From the IMG/VR virus record IMGVR_UViG_3300037067_015653, positions 1,221-65,220 of that record: a stretch of DNA of 64,000 bases. One strand, given 5' to 3'. The stretch comes from a virus. The notes under the pieces were generated by a model that was given only the letters and a program-made list of their open reading frames with translations, ran no database searches and was not told where the DNA came from. Below, in pieces: positions 47,103 to 57,581 of this stretch. The position numbers were made by a program, and so were the translations under genes. Every line of letters starts with the position of its first letter. Position 1 is the stretch's first letter.

Positions 47103-48464
47103 TTATACGTGAATAACACCCAATTTTATTGAGTCATAATTAATAACATCACCACCCACTCTTTTTCTTGTGTAGAATTCTACAAAAGGCTTCCGGGTAA
47201 ATGGATCACGTTGAATAGTGATTCCTAACCGATCAACGATCATATAGGTTTCCCGAAAATCAGCTAAAGCAACTGCCAAAGCATTTGCCGCTACAACTGG
47301 CATTGATGTTGACATTCTTAATGGTAATCCAAGGATAGAGCTCGATGGATCAAGAGCAATTTGAGAAGGTTTCCAAATGTAATTTCCCTCACCATCCTTA
47401 AGTAACATACAATCACGAACAGTTAATCTATTCATTAACCAGGTTCCTGTATTGAGAAATTGTTCCATCATTTGATATTTAATCCGAATGAATCCGTCCG
47501 CAGTTAATGCAGCAGCAGCACCTATATTAACCTGTTCAATTTGGCCCCAAGCTGTACCACTTGCATAGGTAAGAAATCCTCTCGGTTTTCCAATACCATC
47601 TCCGGTAACAAATGAAGCTCCCTCGAAACGACCCATTCTTTCAGCAACCTTATTGGCAAGCCAACTTTCAATATTAATTGCAGAATCCTCTAACAATTGT
47701 TGGGTTGCTGTAGGCTTGGCATACATTTGATGAACCGGAATTCTTTTTTTTCCAAAGTCAGGAGTTCCCGTCTCTGTGGTGGTTTGTGTTTCACCTTCCC
47801 AGCCTACGGAAGCTTGGTCACGATCTACAAGCCATTCAACTGCATCCGTAGAAATAGTCATCGATTGGGCCAATTGTCTAATCGGGTCCTGTTCAAACAT
47901 TCTTGTCAATATCTGACTAGCCATAAAAGGCGTTACTGTATATCCACCATGAGTGTCTACACCAACCAACAAAGTCTTGAATTCTTCTGGAGCAACAAAT
48001 TTTGAGTCCGTACGCAAAAAATTTTCAAATGCTTTTTGATAAGATTTAAATTCCTCTTCATTAGGAACAAAATCTTTTACATTTTTCCAATTTGCAGAAC
48101 CATCACCTTTGGAAGCTCGACAAGATGTATAATGCTCTATACAATCTTTTAATGCCTTTTCATTAATATTTAATGTTGCTCCACCTGGTCTTTTTAAGGC
48201 AACTTCGATATCATCAATTCTTTTCAATGTTTTTGCATGTGCTTGATCAATGTGTTCCTGTCTTGTAGCAAGATCAGTTTTCAATTTTTCAAGTTTTGTC
48301 AAATCTTGTTTAGTTGTTTCTGCACTATCAATAAGATTTTTATAATTTTTATTGATTGTTTCTTGTTGAGTTTTTAATCCAATAAGATCATCACCAAATC
48401 TTTTAATCTCTTTGATTACTTCTTCTGCAATTTGGCCCTCGGGCATGTCTTTATTATCTGCCAT
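47103..48464 (-). CDS. HK97-fold major capsid protein
   Basis: Coiled-coil delta domain, GGYTV, QQLLEDS, GDGIGKPRGFL, LKDGEGNYIW, RDPF.KPFVEFY.RKRVGG. Confidence 0.95.
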   Translation of the reverse strand: MADNKDMPEGQIAEEVIKEIKRFGDDLIGLKTQQETINKNYKNLIDSAETTKQDLTKLEKLKTDLATRQEHIDQAHAKTLKRIDDIEVALKRPGGATLNINEKALKDCIEHYTSCRASKGDGSANWKNVKDFVPNEEEFKSYQKAFENFLRTDSKFVAPEEFKTLLVGVDTHGGYTVTPFMASQILTRMFEQDPIRQLAQSMTISTDAVEWLVDRDQASVGWEGETQTTTETGTPDFGKKRIPVHQMYAKPTATQQLLEDSAINIESWLANKVAERMGRFEGASFVTGDGIGKPRGFLTYASGTAWGQIEQVNIGAAAALTADGFIRIKYQMMEQFLNTGTWLMNRLTVRDCMLLKDGEGNYIWKPSQIALDPSSSILGLPLRMSTSMPVVAANALAVALADFRETYMIVDRLGITIQRDPFTRKPFVEFYTRKRVGGDVINYDSIKLGVIHV

Positions 48465-48478
48465 AAAATTTTACTCCT

Positions 48479-49168
48479 TTAAATCTTTTTTCTAATTTCC
48501 TGAATTGTCTTTAATATGTCATAAGATGTTTTATTCCAATTTTTTTCCAATTCCGGTTTGCAAAGACTAGCCAAATATTTTGCAGCTTGTGTACTCATGC
48601 CTTCTTCACGAAGGGAGTTTTCAAACTCTCTTATATTTTTGGCTTCCTCAATAACAGACTTCACGCTTGTTATTGTGGCTCTTGTATTTGCCGGGAATGT
48701 TACTGGACTTATCTCCCATAGTTCCAATCTTTTCAAATAACGTAAATATCTTTTAGCCTTTTCCACTCTTTCGTATGAATTTTCATATGGGTCTCCATTT
48801 GCATCACGAAGGAAATCCCATCCAATACTTAATCCATTTAAAGCATTCATTTTCAATAAAATAAAAGCTTCATCAGCTTGTTGAACACCCAAAGCAAGTT
48901 GACCAGTTACTTTTAACCCCTTACTATTTTCAACTATCTCCGACCAGGTACCAATGGGTTGCCTGGCATCATGTTGCCATAACATAGCTATACCCGAGCC
49001 GTTCCGACCTCCATTTTTTAAGGTTTCTGAAAACGCTCCTTCATTAATTATATCTCCATATGAATCGGGTTTTCCTCCAAAAGTACTCCCATAACCAGAT
49101 ATGACCCCTTTATCGCTTATATCCTCCGCTTTTATTTCAAAGGGACAAGCAAAATATGATTTACTCAA
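48479..49168 (-). CDS. HK97-family prohead protease
   Basis: GYGSTFG, DSYGD, MLWQHD, GLSIG, LWEISPVTFPAN; start reassigned to TTG 49168 after GGAGG. Confidence 0.92.
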   Translation of the reverse strand: MSKSYFACPFEIKAEDISDKGVISGYGSTFGGKPDSYGDIINEGAFSETLKNGGRNGSGIAMLWQHDARQPIGTWSEIVENSKGLKVTGQLALGVQQADEAFILLKMNALNGLSIGWDFLRDANGDPYENSYERVEKAKRYLRYLKRLELWEISPVTFPANTRATITSVKSVIEEAKNIREFENSLREEGMSTQAAKYLASLCKPELEKNWNKTSYDILKTIQEIRKKI

Positions 49169-49961
49169 TTGTTGTAACCTCCGTATTATACAAAGTAACA
49201 CATCTACACCGCACGATATTTCCAGCACTACCCATTGGATCCCCAGGATACAACAATGATTCTCCTGTATTTTTGAAGTATTCATCCATTTTTACAGTCT
49301 CCCCCTGCGCGCGTACGTGATTAAAACGTTTATTTCTTACTCTTTCATCACCGGCATTCATCCATTCTTTTGATTCCATCTTAACATTTGTACTTTCAAT
49401 ACTTTCAAAAGTACTCTTGTTAAAAGCCGTATGGGTTTCCGTTATAGCAATCATAGTGGCTCTATTTTTTGATATAAGAGGGCTCAATTTTCTTATATCA
49501 CCAGCAATTTGAATATAACTCTTACTATCTCGAATCCCTTTTTCTATAATCGATCGAATTAAATCCTTTGTTGTAGCATCGATCATAGTTATCTTACTTG
49601 CCGCTTGCCCGTTGGCCCAATTATTAAAATAAAACCAAAAACTATTAACGCTATCTTTAGCATAATAATCGTTGATTTTTTTTGGCTTTACTTCCTGTAA
49701 TCTTTTTGTAACCTGTTCAAAATTATAAGCTCCAATAATCTTATATTGCTGTAATAATGCATTTTTCAATAATGCCGAATGTCGATTAACTATAACAGGT
49801 ACTATATTTAATGGGTCTCCATGCTCAATCATTTTAGCCACATCGGAAAAGGTTGACCTAAATATAGGCTTTAACTTCTTGTTTATTTTCATTTCCAATT
49901 GTTCAGTTTGCATCCGTAATTGGTTTGCAAATAATTCCTTATTTCTTGTTATATTTATCAT
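49161..49961 (-). CDS. Minor head/morphogenesis protein (Mu F/SPP1 gp7-like)
   Basis: RATMIAITET, KEW..AGDERVR, YPGDP, CRC. Confidence 0.88.
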   Translation of the reverse strand: MINITRNKELFANQLRMQTEQLEMKINKKLKPIFRSTFSDVAKMIEHGDPLNIVPVIVNRHSALLKNALLQQYKIIGAYNFEQVTKRLQEVKPKKINDYYAKDSVNSFWFYFNNWANGQAASKITMIDATTKDLIRSIIEKGIRDSKSYIQIAGDIRKLSPLISKNRATMIAITETHTAFNKSTFESIESTNVKMESKEWMNAGDERVRNKRFNHVRAQGETVKMDEYFKNTGESLLYPGDPMGSAGNIVRCRCVTLYNTEVTTIE

Positions 49962-49962
49962 T

Positions 49963-51312
49963 TCAATATTCATCCACCAAAGCAATCATTCTCTTTGCTA
50001 TATTTTCATCATACCCTAGGGCGATTAATTTTCGCACTTCCTCTTGATCTATTTCATCTTGATTTTCATCATTATTAGCCGGATCATTGCTCATTTCTTC
50101 AGTTAAAATCAATTGATCTAATGTCATCTTTCCACCATCGATCAAAAGAACATCCCCACCTTCTATTTTTTCCCACCCGGTAATTTTTCTTTTTTCGTTA
50201 ATTGTTAAAAAATTAGCATCTTTAATAAGATTAAACAATGTCTCATTCTTATTCTGCATTGCTGGTGTATGTGTAATGTCGAAATCAATAAATTTATTTT
50301 CTTCTTCAGAAAACAACCAATTATTCAATTCTCCTTTTGCTAATTCTAAATAATAAATAATTGTTTCTTCCCAAAATGCAATGCGTGCCTCTTTCATATT
50401 GGCATAAGTATTATCCCCAGGTATACCAAGTAACATAGGAGGAACTCCATAGCCAATACAAATCCTTCGACTTAATTCCCGGTTACTTTCTATCCAGTCC
50501 ATCTCTTTTGGACTCCAGGCATAAGGTTTTATATCTCCTGTACTTTCTCCCTCAATTATGATGGGTTTTCCTGCATTTCCTGCACCCGATTTATTATTAA
50601 GTTGTTTATCTAATCTTTCCCAAGCACCATCATCTAAAAAACCATGAACAAAAACAGCCATTCCCGGCCGACCTTCATTTTCAAAAACCTTTTTTTGCCA
50701 TTCAGTAGCCTCATTGCTACTATCTATTTCCCTGGCTAGAGGTTCGGTTACACTTAATCCGAAAAATTCATCTAATGGATGAAACATTTTTACATGTAAG
50801 ATGTCTGATTTTAGAGTAATCGGGTCAACTTCAAATTCTAATCTTTGATCGTAATTATATCTTTCAATTATTCCCGTATCTTTATTTATTTTAATAGTCA
50901 TTTTGTCCGGACGTAAACAGTATAATTCTCTTATTATCTGTGTAGAAGGACTCACTTTTTCTAGATAAGAATTTCCACTTATTAACAAATAACCAACTAA
51001 TTTTTGAATTAAAAAAACAAAACTTTCCTTCGGATTAGCTCGCTTTAATATTTTATTTACAGGATCACCCGTAATTTTTATTTTATCGTCACCGGAATTT
51101 TTATATAGCCCCCAGCGAACAGAAGCCAAAGAAGACGAAATATAAAAAATACAACGATAAGCAATTGCATTTTTCATATATGTTTCTTTAGCAAAATTTT
51201 CGTAATTTTTATCAGGCCAACGAGCAGTACCATATTGAGTATTTAATATAGCTGTCCGACTGATTTTTTCTTCTGGTTTTGTTTTATTTTTCAAAAAATT
51301 AAAAAATCCCAT
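49963..51312 (-). CDS. HK97-family portal protein
   Basis: LLISGNSY, LRPD, FHPLD..GLS, YGVPPMLLG, TYAN, LTINEKR. Confidence 0.93.
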   Translation of the reverse strand: MGFFNFLKNKTKPEEKISRTAILNTQYGTARWPDKNYENFAKETYMKNAIAYRCIFYISSSLASVRWGLYKNSGDDKIKITGDPVNKILKRANPKESFVFLIQKLVGYLLISGNSYLEKVSPSTQIIRELYCLRPDKMTIKINKDTGIIERYNYDQRLEFEVDPITLKSDILHVKMFHPLDEFFGLSVTEPLAREIDSSNEATEWQKKVFENEGRPGMAVFVHGFLDDGAWERLDKQLNNKSGAGNAGKPIIIEGESTGDIKPYAWSPKEMDWIESNRELSRRICIGYGVPPMLLGIPGDNTYANMKEARIAFWEETIIYYLELAKGELNNWLFSEEENKFIDFDITHTPAMQNKNETLFNLIKDANFLTINEKRKITGWEKIEGGDVLLIDGGKMTLDQLILTEEMSNDPANNDENQDEIDQEEVRKLIALGYDENIAKRMIALVDEY

Positions 51313-51314
51313 AA

Positions 51315-51959
51315 TTATTTTTTTCCATTAATTGAGGTATAATAAATGACACTCTCTGTTTTCAAATCTTCCATCAATTTATCTGTATTACCGGACATAA
51401 CCCGTACTAATTCCGGTCCTTCCCTTTTAAGCCATTCTTGAAGTGGCATAATGACTTTTGTGTTATCATAATAATAAGCCATTATTTGACGACCTTCGCG
51501 TAGATATAAAGATACTACATTTGCTTTAAATGCATCCCAATCGGCTTTATTAACATAGCGATATAAATCATTATTATGTATGTATCTTTCTACTGTTATA
51601 TTTTCACATACATCAGACATAGCAATTATTATTAATTTATAATATCTGACATCATTAGCTATTCTATCTTGTGAAACATTTGCATTATTTTCGCGGCAAT
51701 ATTGAATCAATCGATCCTCATATAAGTTTGACAAATCGGATAATAAACATGTCTTCATATCCATGCTATAATTTGTTTGTGCTTTTATTTTTGTCATTTT
51801 TAGATTAACTATATCATTAGGATTTGATTTATATATACTTCCCCAACTTGTTTGAATAGTATAACCACTCCAAATAGTAATTATAAATAGCAAAACAACC
51901 ATCATTGCTATTTTCCAAATTTCTTTATCTCTAATTTTTTCCCAAAACTTACTCATCAT
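51315..51959 (-). CDS. Membrane-anchored hypothetical protein
   Basis: Single N-terminal TM; AGGAG RBS. Confidence 0.6.
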   Translation of the reverse strand: MMSKFWEKIRDKEIWKIAMMVVLLFIITIWSGYTIQTSWGSIYKSNPNDIVNLKMTKIKAQTNYSMDMKTCLLSDLSNLYEDRLIQYCRENNANVSQDRIANDVRYYKLIIIAMSDVCENITVERYIHNNDLYRYVNKADWDAFKANVVSLYLREGRQIMAYYYDNTKVIMPLQEWLKREGPELVRVMSGNTDKLMEDLKTESVIYYTSINGKK

Positions 51960-51974
51960 AACTCCTGTTTATTT

Positions 51975-54341
51975 TTATGTGTTCAAAGGATGCGGATAAA
52001 TATACGGTGTATATCCTGGCATTTCTGAATCAAAATAATCTCTATTTAATTGAATATTTTGACGGCAATAACCTAAATTAGGTACATATAATTGGGGATG
52101 TCCGTCAGTTATCAAAACTCCATTATAAGTATTATTCCAAATATAGAAATTATTAACTTGGTCTGGAGAAGGATATACGGCTCCATAATAATCCCCAGTT
52201 TCTGGATCGATGTTTCCTGAAGAAAATGAATTATAATCAGCAAATGCGATAGGTAATCCAACATTTCCGGTAATTGTATTATTGAAAATTACACCTCTTC
52301 CGGATCTTACAAAAATACCATACCAACATTGCTGAATTAATGCTTCATACGTATTTTCATAACATTCAAAAGAAAAATTACCTCGATAACCAGCTGGATC
52401 TTTTCCAGATCGTCCATGAGCGGTCATAGCTGTATAATTAACCGTTGTTTTGACATAATTGTGACGAAACACAAATCTAGTTCCTTGGTCACCGTCACAA
52501 GCACAAATATTAACACCTTCACCGGTTATAATACAATCTTCTATGAAACTTGCTTCCTCTGTACCAATAGGGTGTCCTTCAGGATCATCCCAGGATACCC
52601 GGTTATAATTCTGTAGAAACTGAATAGAAGTAACACAATTAAGAAGAGTGCAATGATCAATTAATCCATAAGATAGTGTTGCAACCCTAATTCCTTTACT
52701 TTTGGCATTATTGAATTTGCAATGATGTATACGAAAATAAGACATAAGGCCTATTAGAGAAAAAGCTCCAAAGTTTTCAGCAGCTTCAATAGTAATGCCT
52801 TCTACAATTACCGGATAACTTGCATTATTACCGTTAATTTGCATAACAGTCGCACTCAATCCCTCTTGCATAACAAAAACAGTCTTATCTATCCCTGCAC
52901 CTTTTAGAGAAATTGTTTTATTAATCTCGAATCTAGAAGTAATAAGAAAAACTCCCTCTGGTAATTCAGCAGTTCCACCCGCCGCAGTTGCATCGACAAT
53001 AGTCCGTATTGCAGCACTAGATTGAGTAATTAACATAGTATTTGTCGACTCTCCAACGTGATTACTTACTTCTACTATTATTTTACTAGATATTGCGTTT
53101 GCTGGTATAGTAGCTACTATAGCTGTATTTGATGAAGATACAACGGTCATAGGAAGATTGCCTAATTTCACAATATTATTACTCATTATATCTGAAAAAT
53201 TGTAACCTGTTATTGTTATATTACTTCCAACAACACCACAATAAGGAATTTTTGTTATTACTGGTATTTTAGGTGGTATTACAAGCGTAAAATCGCTTGT
53301 TGATGTCACGCTGTCTCCGTTTGCTACAACTGTGATTTTTCCAGTGCCCGCAGGAAGATCATTAGGCACTATAGCATCCAATTGCAGAGGATTAATATAT
53401 GTAACTGTTGCAGGAAGACCATTGATAGTAGCTGTATTGCCAATATTACTAAAATTAGTTCCATATATATGAATTTTATCACCAGATATCCCTGCTGGTG
53501 TAAAATCGGTTATTGTAGGATAGATCAAACGCAAATCATAGATAGCTTTAATCTGCGAATCCAGAATTAAAGTATTGTAGACTTTAGCATCCCTGGCATT
53601 ACATTTTGCATTAGACCCCAGAATTTGTCCTACCTGTATAGGATTCGTGTTTGACGCTAGATTGACACCTATTTTTGTTGCATCAGTGACACTTCGAACT
53701 AACACACCATTGACAAAGAATTTTGATATTCCCGTTGCACCGTCATGAATACAACCAAGATGAGTCCAGGTCCCAACTTCCATTGCAGCAACTCCGTTTA
53801 GTGTTTTTGAGGTTGCATCCGCAAAATAGAGTCTAAGAATGGGGATAGATTGAAATGTTCGACAAGCCTCTATTCTAAAAGACAAACTTTTTCCTACTGG
53901 AAAACTATCAACCGCCAAAGCATCTAATTTAACCCATGCACAAAAACAAACCGTATCGGTGAATTCGGCTAAAGGCGTTGAAATAAGATTATTCATTTCC
54001 GGTAATCTTGTGATATTTAACACATAATTTTTTGTAATTCCCGATTCGGATTTGACAGAAATAATACATTGATTATCATAATAATCTAAAGGAATATTTA
54101 GAGAGGGTTGACCATAAGGGGTCTCTATTGTATTTATTTTTATCTCTGCTCCCAATTCCTTTGTAAACGCGGATAATTTTACATTATCTACATCCGAATC
54201 AACAGTCATTGTATAGCTTGTAACATCTTCATCAAAAGCAGGAAGAAAAGAACCTTTGTTACCAACAAGAAAAGAAAGTCTATTTTCTGATAATAATTCT
54301 ATCTTAATGTTTTTAACCGGATAACTTCTTGACAAATTCAA
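51975..54341 (-). CDS. Multidomain adhesin/depolymerase: cadherin-like, LamG, 2x IPT/TIG, pectin-lyase-like beta-helix
   Basis: FDEDVTSYT...YVLNITR; CAWVK...WTHL...FVNG; PTITDFTP...IYGTNF and ITGYNF; RIHHCKF, GVIFNNT, YTPYIYPHPL. Confidence 0.75.
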   Translation of the reverse strand: MNLSRSYPVKNIKIELLSENRLSFLVGNKGSFLPAFDEDVTSYTMTVDSDVDNVKLSAFTKELGAEIKINTIETPYGQPSLNIPLDYYDNQCIISVKSESGITKNYVLNITRLPEMNNLISTPLAEFTDTVCFCAWVKLDALAVDSFPVGKSLSFRIEACRTFQSIPILRLYFADATSKTLNGVAAMEVGTWTHLGCIHDGATGISKFFVNGVLVRSVTDATKIGVNLASNTNPIQVGQILGSNAKCNARDAKVYNTLILDSQIKAIYDLRLIYPTITDFTPAGISGDKIHIYGTNFSNIGNTATINGLPATVTYINPLQLDAIVPNDLPAGTGKITVVANGDSVTSTSDFTLVIPPKIPVITKIPYCGVVGSNITITGYNFSDIMSNNIVKLGNLPMTVVSSSNTAIVATIPANAISSKIIVEVSNHVGESTNTMLITQSSAAIRTIVDATAAGGTAELPEGVFLITSRFEINKTISLKGAGIDKTVFVMQEGLSATVMQINGNNASYPVIVEGITIEAAENFGAFSLIGLMSYFRIHHCKFNNAKSKGIRVATLSYGLIDHCTLLNCVTSIQFLQNYNRVSWDDPEGHPIGTEEASFIEDCIITGEGVNICACDGDQGTRFVFRHNYVKTTVNYTAMTAHGRSGKDPAGYRGNFSFECYENTYEALIQQCWYGIFVRSGRGVIFNNTITGNVGLPIAFADYNSFSSGNIDPETGDYYGAVYPSPDQVNNFYIWNNTYNGVLITDGHPQLYVPNLGYCRQNIQLNRDYFDSEMPGYTPYIYPHPLNT

Positions 54342-55675
54342 CTCCTTGATACAGTGTAGCTTTTTGCTGTTTGAATAGTTCTAACAGTAGTCGTTAACGT
54401 TCGCATACCAAAACCCGTAAATAAAGCAGTAGAGGCAGCAGGCAAATTCAAAGTTGCCGTCAAAATTCCTGAAGATGTTCCCGCCGTAATATCATCTATT
54501 CTATATTTATAAGAAGTACCATCTAATGTTTCTATATAGAACTTATATATATGTTGAGCTATGAAGGTAATACCAGTTGATACCCTATGCTCGGTGGTCC
54601 CATCTTTTGTTGAAAACATCCAATTGGTTTCTGATAAGTTTGTAGAAAAAGCAAAGCAAGCTCTTTCTCCCGTAGCATCATCCGCATTAGCCGTTGTTGT
54701 CAATATAGCATTAGCAAAACCAATCGCAAATCTTACACCAGTAGCACCAGCCCCATAATCAGCATCTGGAAAATAATGTTTTTCATAAAAAGAAAATCCC
54801 TTACTTCCCCAAAAAGTAGCCGTTGTAGAGTTCATTCCAGCTCCATCGTTCGCAGTCGCCAAAGTCACTTGTTGCCAATACTTATTTGTACCTACGATAG
54901 TTGGATGTGAAATAACACCTAATGTAGTAGAATCCCCCCCTGTTTTTTGTAAGGAAGTCCCAGAAAGAGGGGAAACAATCAAAAAATCTTTTTCTCTTGT
55001 TGATTCTTGTAATTCAAAAATATTATTATCTCTGTCTTGACTGAAAATAGCCGATTTACAACCTATAGTTTTTGGGTACAGATTAACAAAACCAGCAGCA
55101 GGGATTGATGGATCAGTAGTCCTATCTATAATAGGCATTGGATCGGGAATAGTAGCATTATTAGCAGCTGATTCTAATCCAGAACCATCCAACTTAATTC
55201 TAACAACTTTCAATGAATCTGCTATGGTATAAGAAAATCCATCTGTTAATTGGCTAAATAATATAGCAGGAGCAATTTTTGATGCCAGATAAGGAAAGAT
55301 TTCCAAAGTATCAACATCTAAAACTTGTGCTAAAGGATTACTATAGATTGAAGGTGGAACCGTTGTTAATAATCCGGCTGTACCTTCAGATACATAAAGC
55401 CAATCTCCAGCACTACCTAAACCATGTCCAGAGGCAACTATTTTTCCAGCTTGAACCACATCAAAACCAAATGCAGTAACATTTTTGATTACATGTGTTC
55501 CCATTGTATTAACAGCATTTGCTTGTGCAAGGGCCCATACTGCACCAGAAAAATAAACAGCTTGATAATTTGAAAAAGTATTAACTTGACTTACTGAATA
55601 AGAAGTAGAATTACTTCCTATATTACTGTCAGTTTGAAAAGTGAAAAAAGGCACACCATTAATAATCAGTTTCAA
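54338..55675 (-). CDS. Thr/Ala-rich virion fibre-like protein
   Basis: YVSEGTAGLLTT capsid-fibre-like motif; C-terminal beta-sandwich. Confidence 0.55.
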   Translation of the reverse strand: MKLIINGVPFFTFQTDSNIGSNSTSYSVSQVNTFSNYQAVYFSGAVWALAQANAVNTMGTHVIKNVTAFGFDVVQAGKIVASGHGLGSAGDWLYVSEGTAGLLTTVPPSIYSNPLAQVLDVDTLEIFPYLASKIAPAILFSQLTDGFSYTIADSLKVVRIKLDGSGLESAANNATIPDPMPIIDRTTDPSIPAAGFVNLYPKTIGCKSAIFSQDRDNNIFELQESTREKDFLIVSPLSGTSLQKTGGDSTTLGVISHPTIVGTNKYWQQVTLATANDGAGMNSTTATFWGSKGFSFYEKHYFPDADYGAGATGVRFAIGFANAILTTTANADDATGERACFAFSTNLSETNWMFSTKDGTTEHRVSTGITFIAQHIYKFYIETLDGTSYKYRIDDITAGTSSGILTATLNLPAASTALFTGFGMRTLTTTVRTIQTAKSYTVSRS

Positions 55676-55701
55676 AATTAACCCCTTATTTTTTTCTGTG
55701 T

Positions 55702-56091
55702 TTACCCGCGTACAGCCCAGCCGATAGCCTCTATTCCAACTAAGTTAGTAACGGACAAAGCAGAGCAAGTGATAATTAGTTGATCATCACTGAAAAATAA
55801 TAGTGGATTAGCTCCGTATTGAATAATGACATCTTGTGCATTACTTAATGTTTGACTTAATAATCTTTGATTAAGGCTACTATTTTGAATTGAACTTAAT
55901 CGAGCAACTAAGTTAGTTGCTGAAATAATAGCAGTAGAAAAATGCAATCTTAATTCTTGCAGCTTCCACAAAACAGAGAAAGACAGGTTTGTATTAATAC
56001 CTGTCGTAGAGTTAAGGGGGACGGAAGTTTCATAAAAATGAAATTCATCCCATCTCTTATATTGCACATAATCACCAGTTGTAATAGCCAC
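55702..56091 (-). CDS. Hypothetical Ser-rich protein
   Basis: AGGAG RBS. Confidence 0.55.
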   Translation of the reverse strand: MAITTGDYVQYKRWDEFHFYETSVPLNSTTGINTNLSFSVLWKLQELRLHFSTAIISATNLVARLSSIQNSSLNQRLLSQTLSNAQDVIIQYGANPLLFFSDDQLIITCSALSVTNLVGIEAIGWAVRG

Positions 56092-56483
56092 TACTTAACT
56101 CCTTTTGCTAAATTCCAACACATAATACCTAATCCTGAAGCCAATAGGATAGAACCAACGTCAAAAGCAATTGATATCCCTAATGCTGTTTTTAATTTAA
56201 AATTAACAACTTCCAATTTTTCTAATTGCTTAATTCTGTCATCTTTTTTAATGACTAAATCCTGCATATATATGTAATCATTCAAAACTAAATAAATATT
56301 CTTCCAACCCAGGGAAGAAATGAAAAAACCTTCCTCACCGTTATAAGTTATTTTTTCGGCTTGGAAGGACAGTATGATACCATTAACTCTCTCTATGTTA
56401 TTTGCTTGCTGGATTCCGTTTGAGTGTGCCATCGTTATTGAAATCAAGGTAATCAGCATTATGAACAATGTTTTCAGTTTCAT
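56091..56483 (-). CDS. Signal peptide + C-terminal TM protein (spanin-like?)
   Basis: Hydrophobic ends, overlaps upstream TM/coiled-coil gene, next to holin. Confidence 0.45.
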   Translation of the reverse strand: MKLKTLFIMLITLISITMAHSNGIQQANNIERVNGIILSFQAEKITYNGEEGFFISSLGWKNIYLVLNDYIYMQDLVIKKDDRIKQLEKLEVVNFKLKTALGISIAFDVGSILLASGLGIMCWNLAKGVK

Positions 56484-56640
56484 TTTTAGCCTTCTTTATT
56501 TTTTCAATCTCTTTCTCTGTTTTCTCATCATTTTTAACCTGATTAGAAAAAACAAAAGCCAGGACTGATACAATCATCCCAGCAATTAACCCAAAAGTAA
56601 TAAGTATTTTTTTCCAGCTTTTTTTTAAGAACTCAATCAT
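56398..56640 (-). CDS. TM + coiled-coil protein (i-spanin-like?)
   Basis: N-terminal TM then charged helix. Confidence 0.45.
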   Translation of the reverse strand: MIEFLKKSWKKILITFGLIAGMIVSVLAFVFSNQVKNDEKTEKEIEKIKKAKNETENIVHNADYLDFNNDGTLKRNPASK

Positions 56641-56957
56641 TGATTTTTCCTTTCTACTGGCTTAACAATCAAATTTTTTACAGCATCATAAAACACATAG
56701 GATATAAGCCAGTTAAAAAAACTTGCTCTTAACCATACTAAACATTTAAAATCAGTTATAAAAAATAAAGCTGTAATGATTAGCGATAAAACAAATGCCA
56801 TAACTGCCAATATAAGAAATCTCATCCATGCATGTTTCAAGGTAATCAATACAGCATTTAGGAGGTTCACTTTGATTATTTCCATTACTCCCACAATCAT
56901 AAGTACTACTAAAACTTGATATATACCACTACCACTTAAGGTATTTATTATTTCCAT
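56637..56957 (-). CDS. Putative holin (3 TM)
   Basis: Three hydrophobic segments, basic C-term, near endolysin. Confidence 0.6.
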   Translation of the reverse strand: MEIINTLSGSGIYQVLVVLMIVGVMEIIKVNLLNAVLITLKHAWMRFLILAVMAFVLSLIITALFFITDFKCLVWLRASFFNWLISYVFYDAVKNLIVKPVERKNQ

Positions 56958-57071
56958 ATATTACCCCATTAAAATAAATTCTGAACATCCACAAAAAGGA
57001 CAACAATCATTTTCATTCTCATCTATTGCATACAATTCAAAATTTTTAAAACAACCTTGACACTCATACAT

Positions 57072-57254
57072 TTAATAAACGCACATTAAACTAAAAATAG
57101 ATAAAAACAAAATAAAACTTAAAGCGGATATCCACATAAATACATCACTAATAAACTGTAAAATTCCTGTACTCTCATCCGCAATAAACCAAAACACAAG
57201 ATAAGCAAACGCACAAGCAGCCGCCACCATGAAAAAAGACAGTTCATCGTGCAT
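57072..57254 (-). CDS. Small 2-TM protein
   Basis: Hydrophobic ORF. Confidence 0.45.
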   Translation of the reverse strand: MHDELSFFMVAAACAFAYLVFWFIADESTGILQFISDVFMWISALSFILFLSIFSLMCVY

Positions 57255-57397
57255 TTACTACACCTTTACCAAAATCAGTTGTTTAACGTTCGTTTTTAAG
57301 CATTTAGGACATATGTTTTCCCGGGTTCCATTTAAGTGTATTAATACTGCAGGAGTACTAAAAACTAACGAACAATCCCCACATTTATATTTTCTGC

Positions 57398-57580
57398 TCA
57401 TAACAACACCCTTTTTTTACATTTTTCGCAATAATAATACCCATCCGAATCATCCATAGATATTACTAAGCATTCACATTCTTGATTATTTAAATCATCT
57501 ATTTCTTTTTGTATTTGTCTTTCATTATCTGATTTTTCTTTAATTTTAAATTTGACCCCATTAAAAGAACTATCAACCAT
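57398..57580 (-). CDS. Small Cys-containing protein
   Basis: CxC...CxxC. Confidence 0.5.
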   Translation of the reverse strand: MVDSSFNGVKFKIKEKSDNERQIQKEIDDLNNQECECLVISMDDSDGYYYCEKCKKRVLL

Positions 57581-57581
57581 T

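Noticed and set aside
49169-49285. N-terminal extension of the prohead protease in the ORF track
   Set aside because: Overlaps the minor head gene; a GGAGG RBS supports a TTG start at 49168
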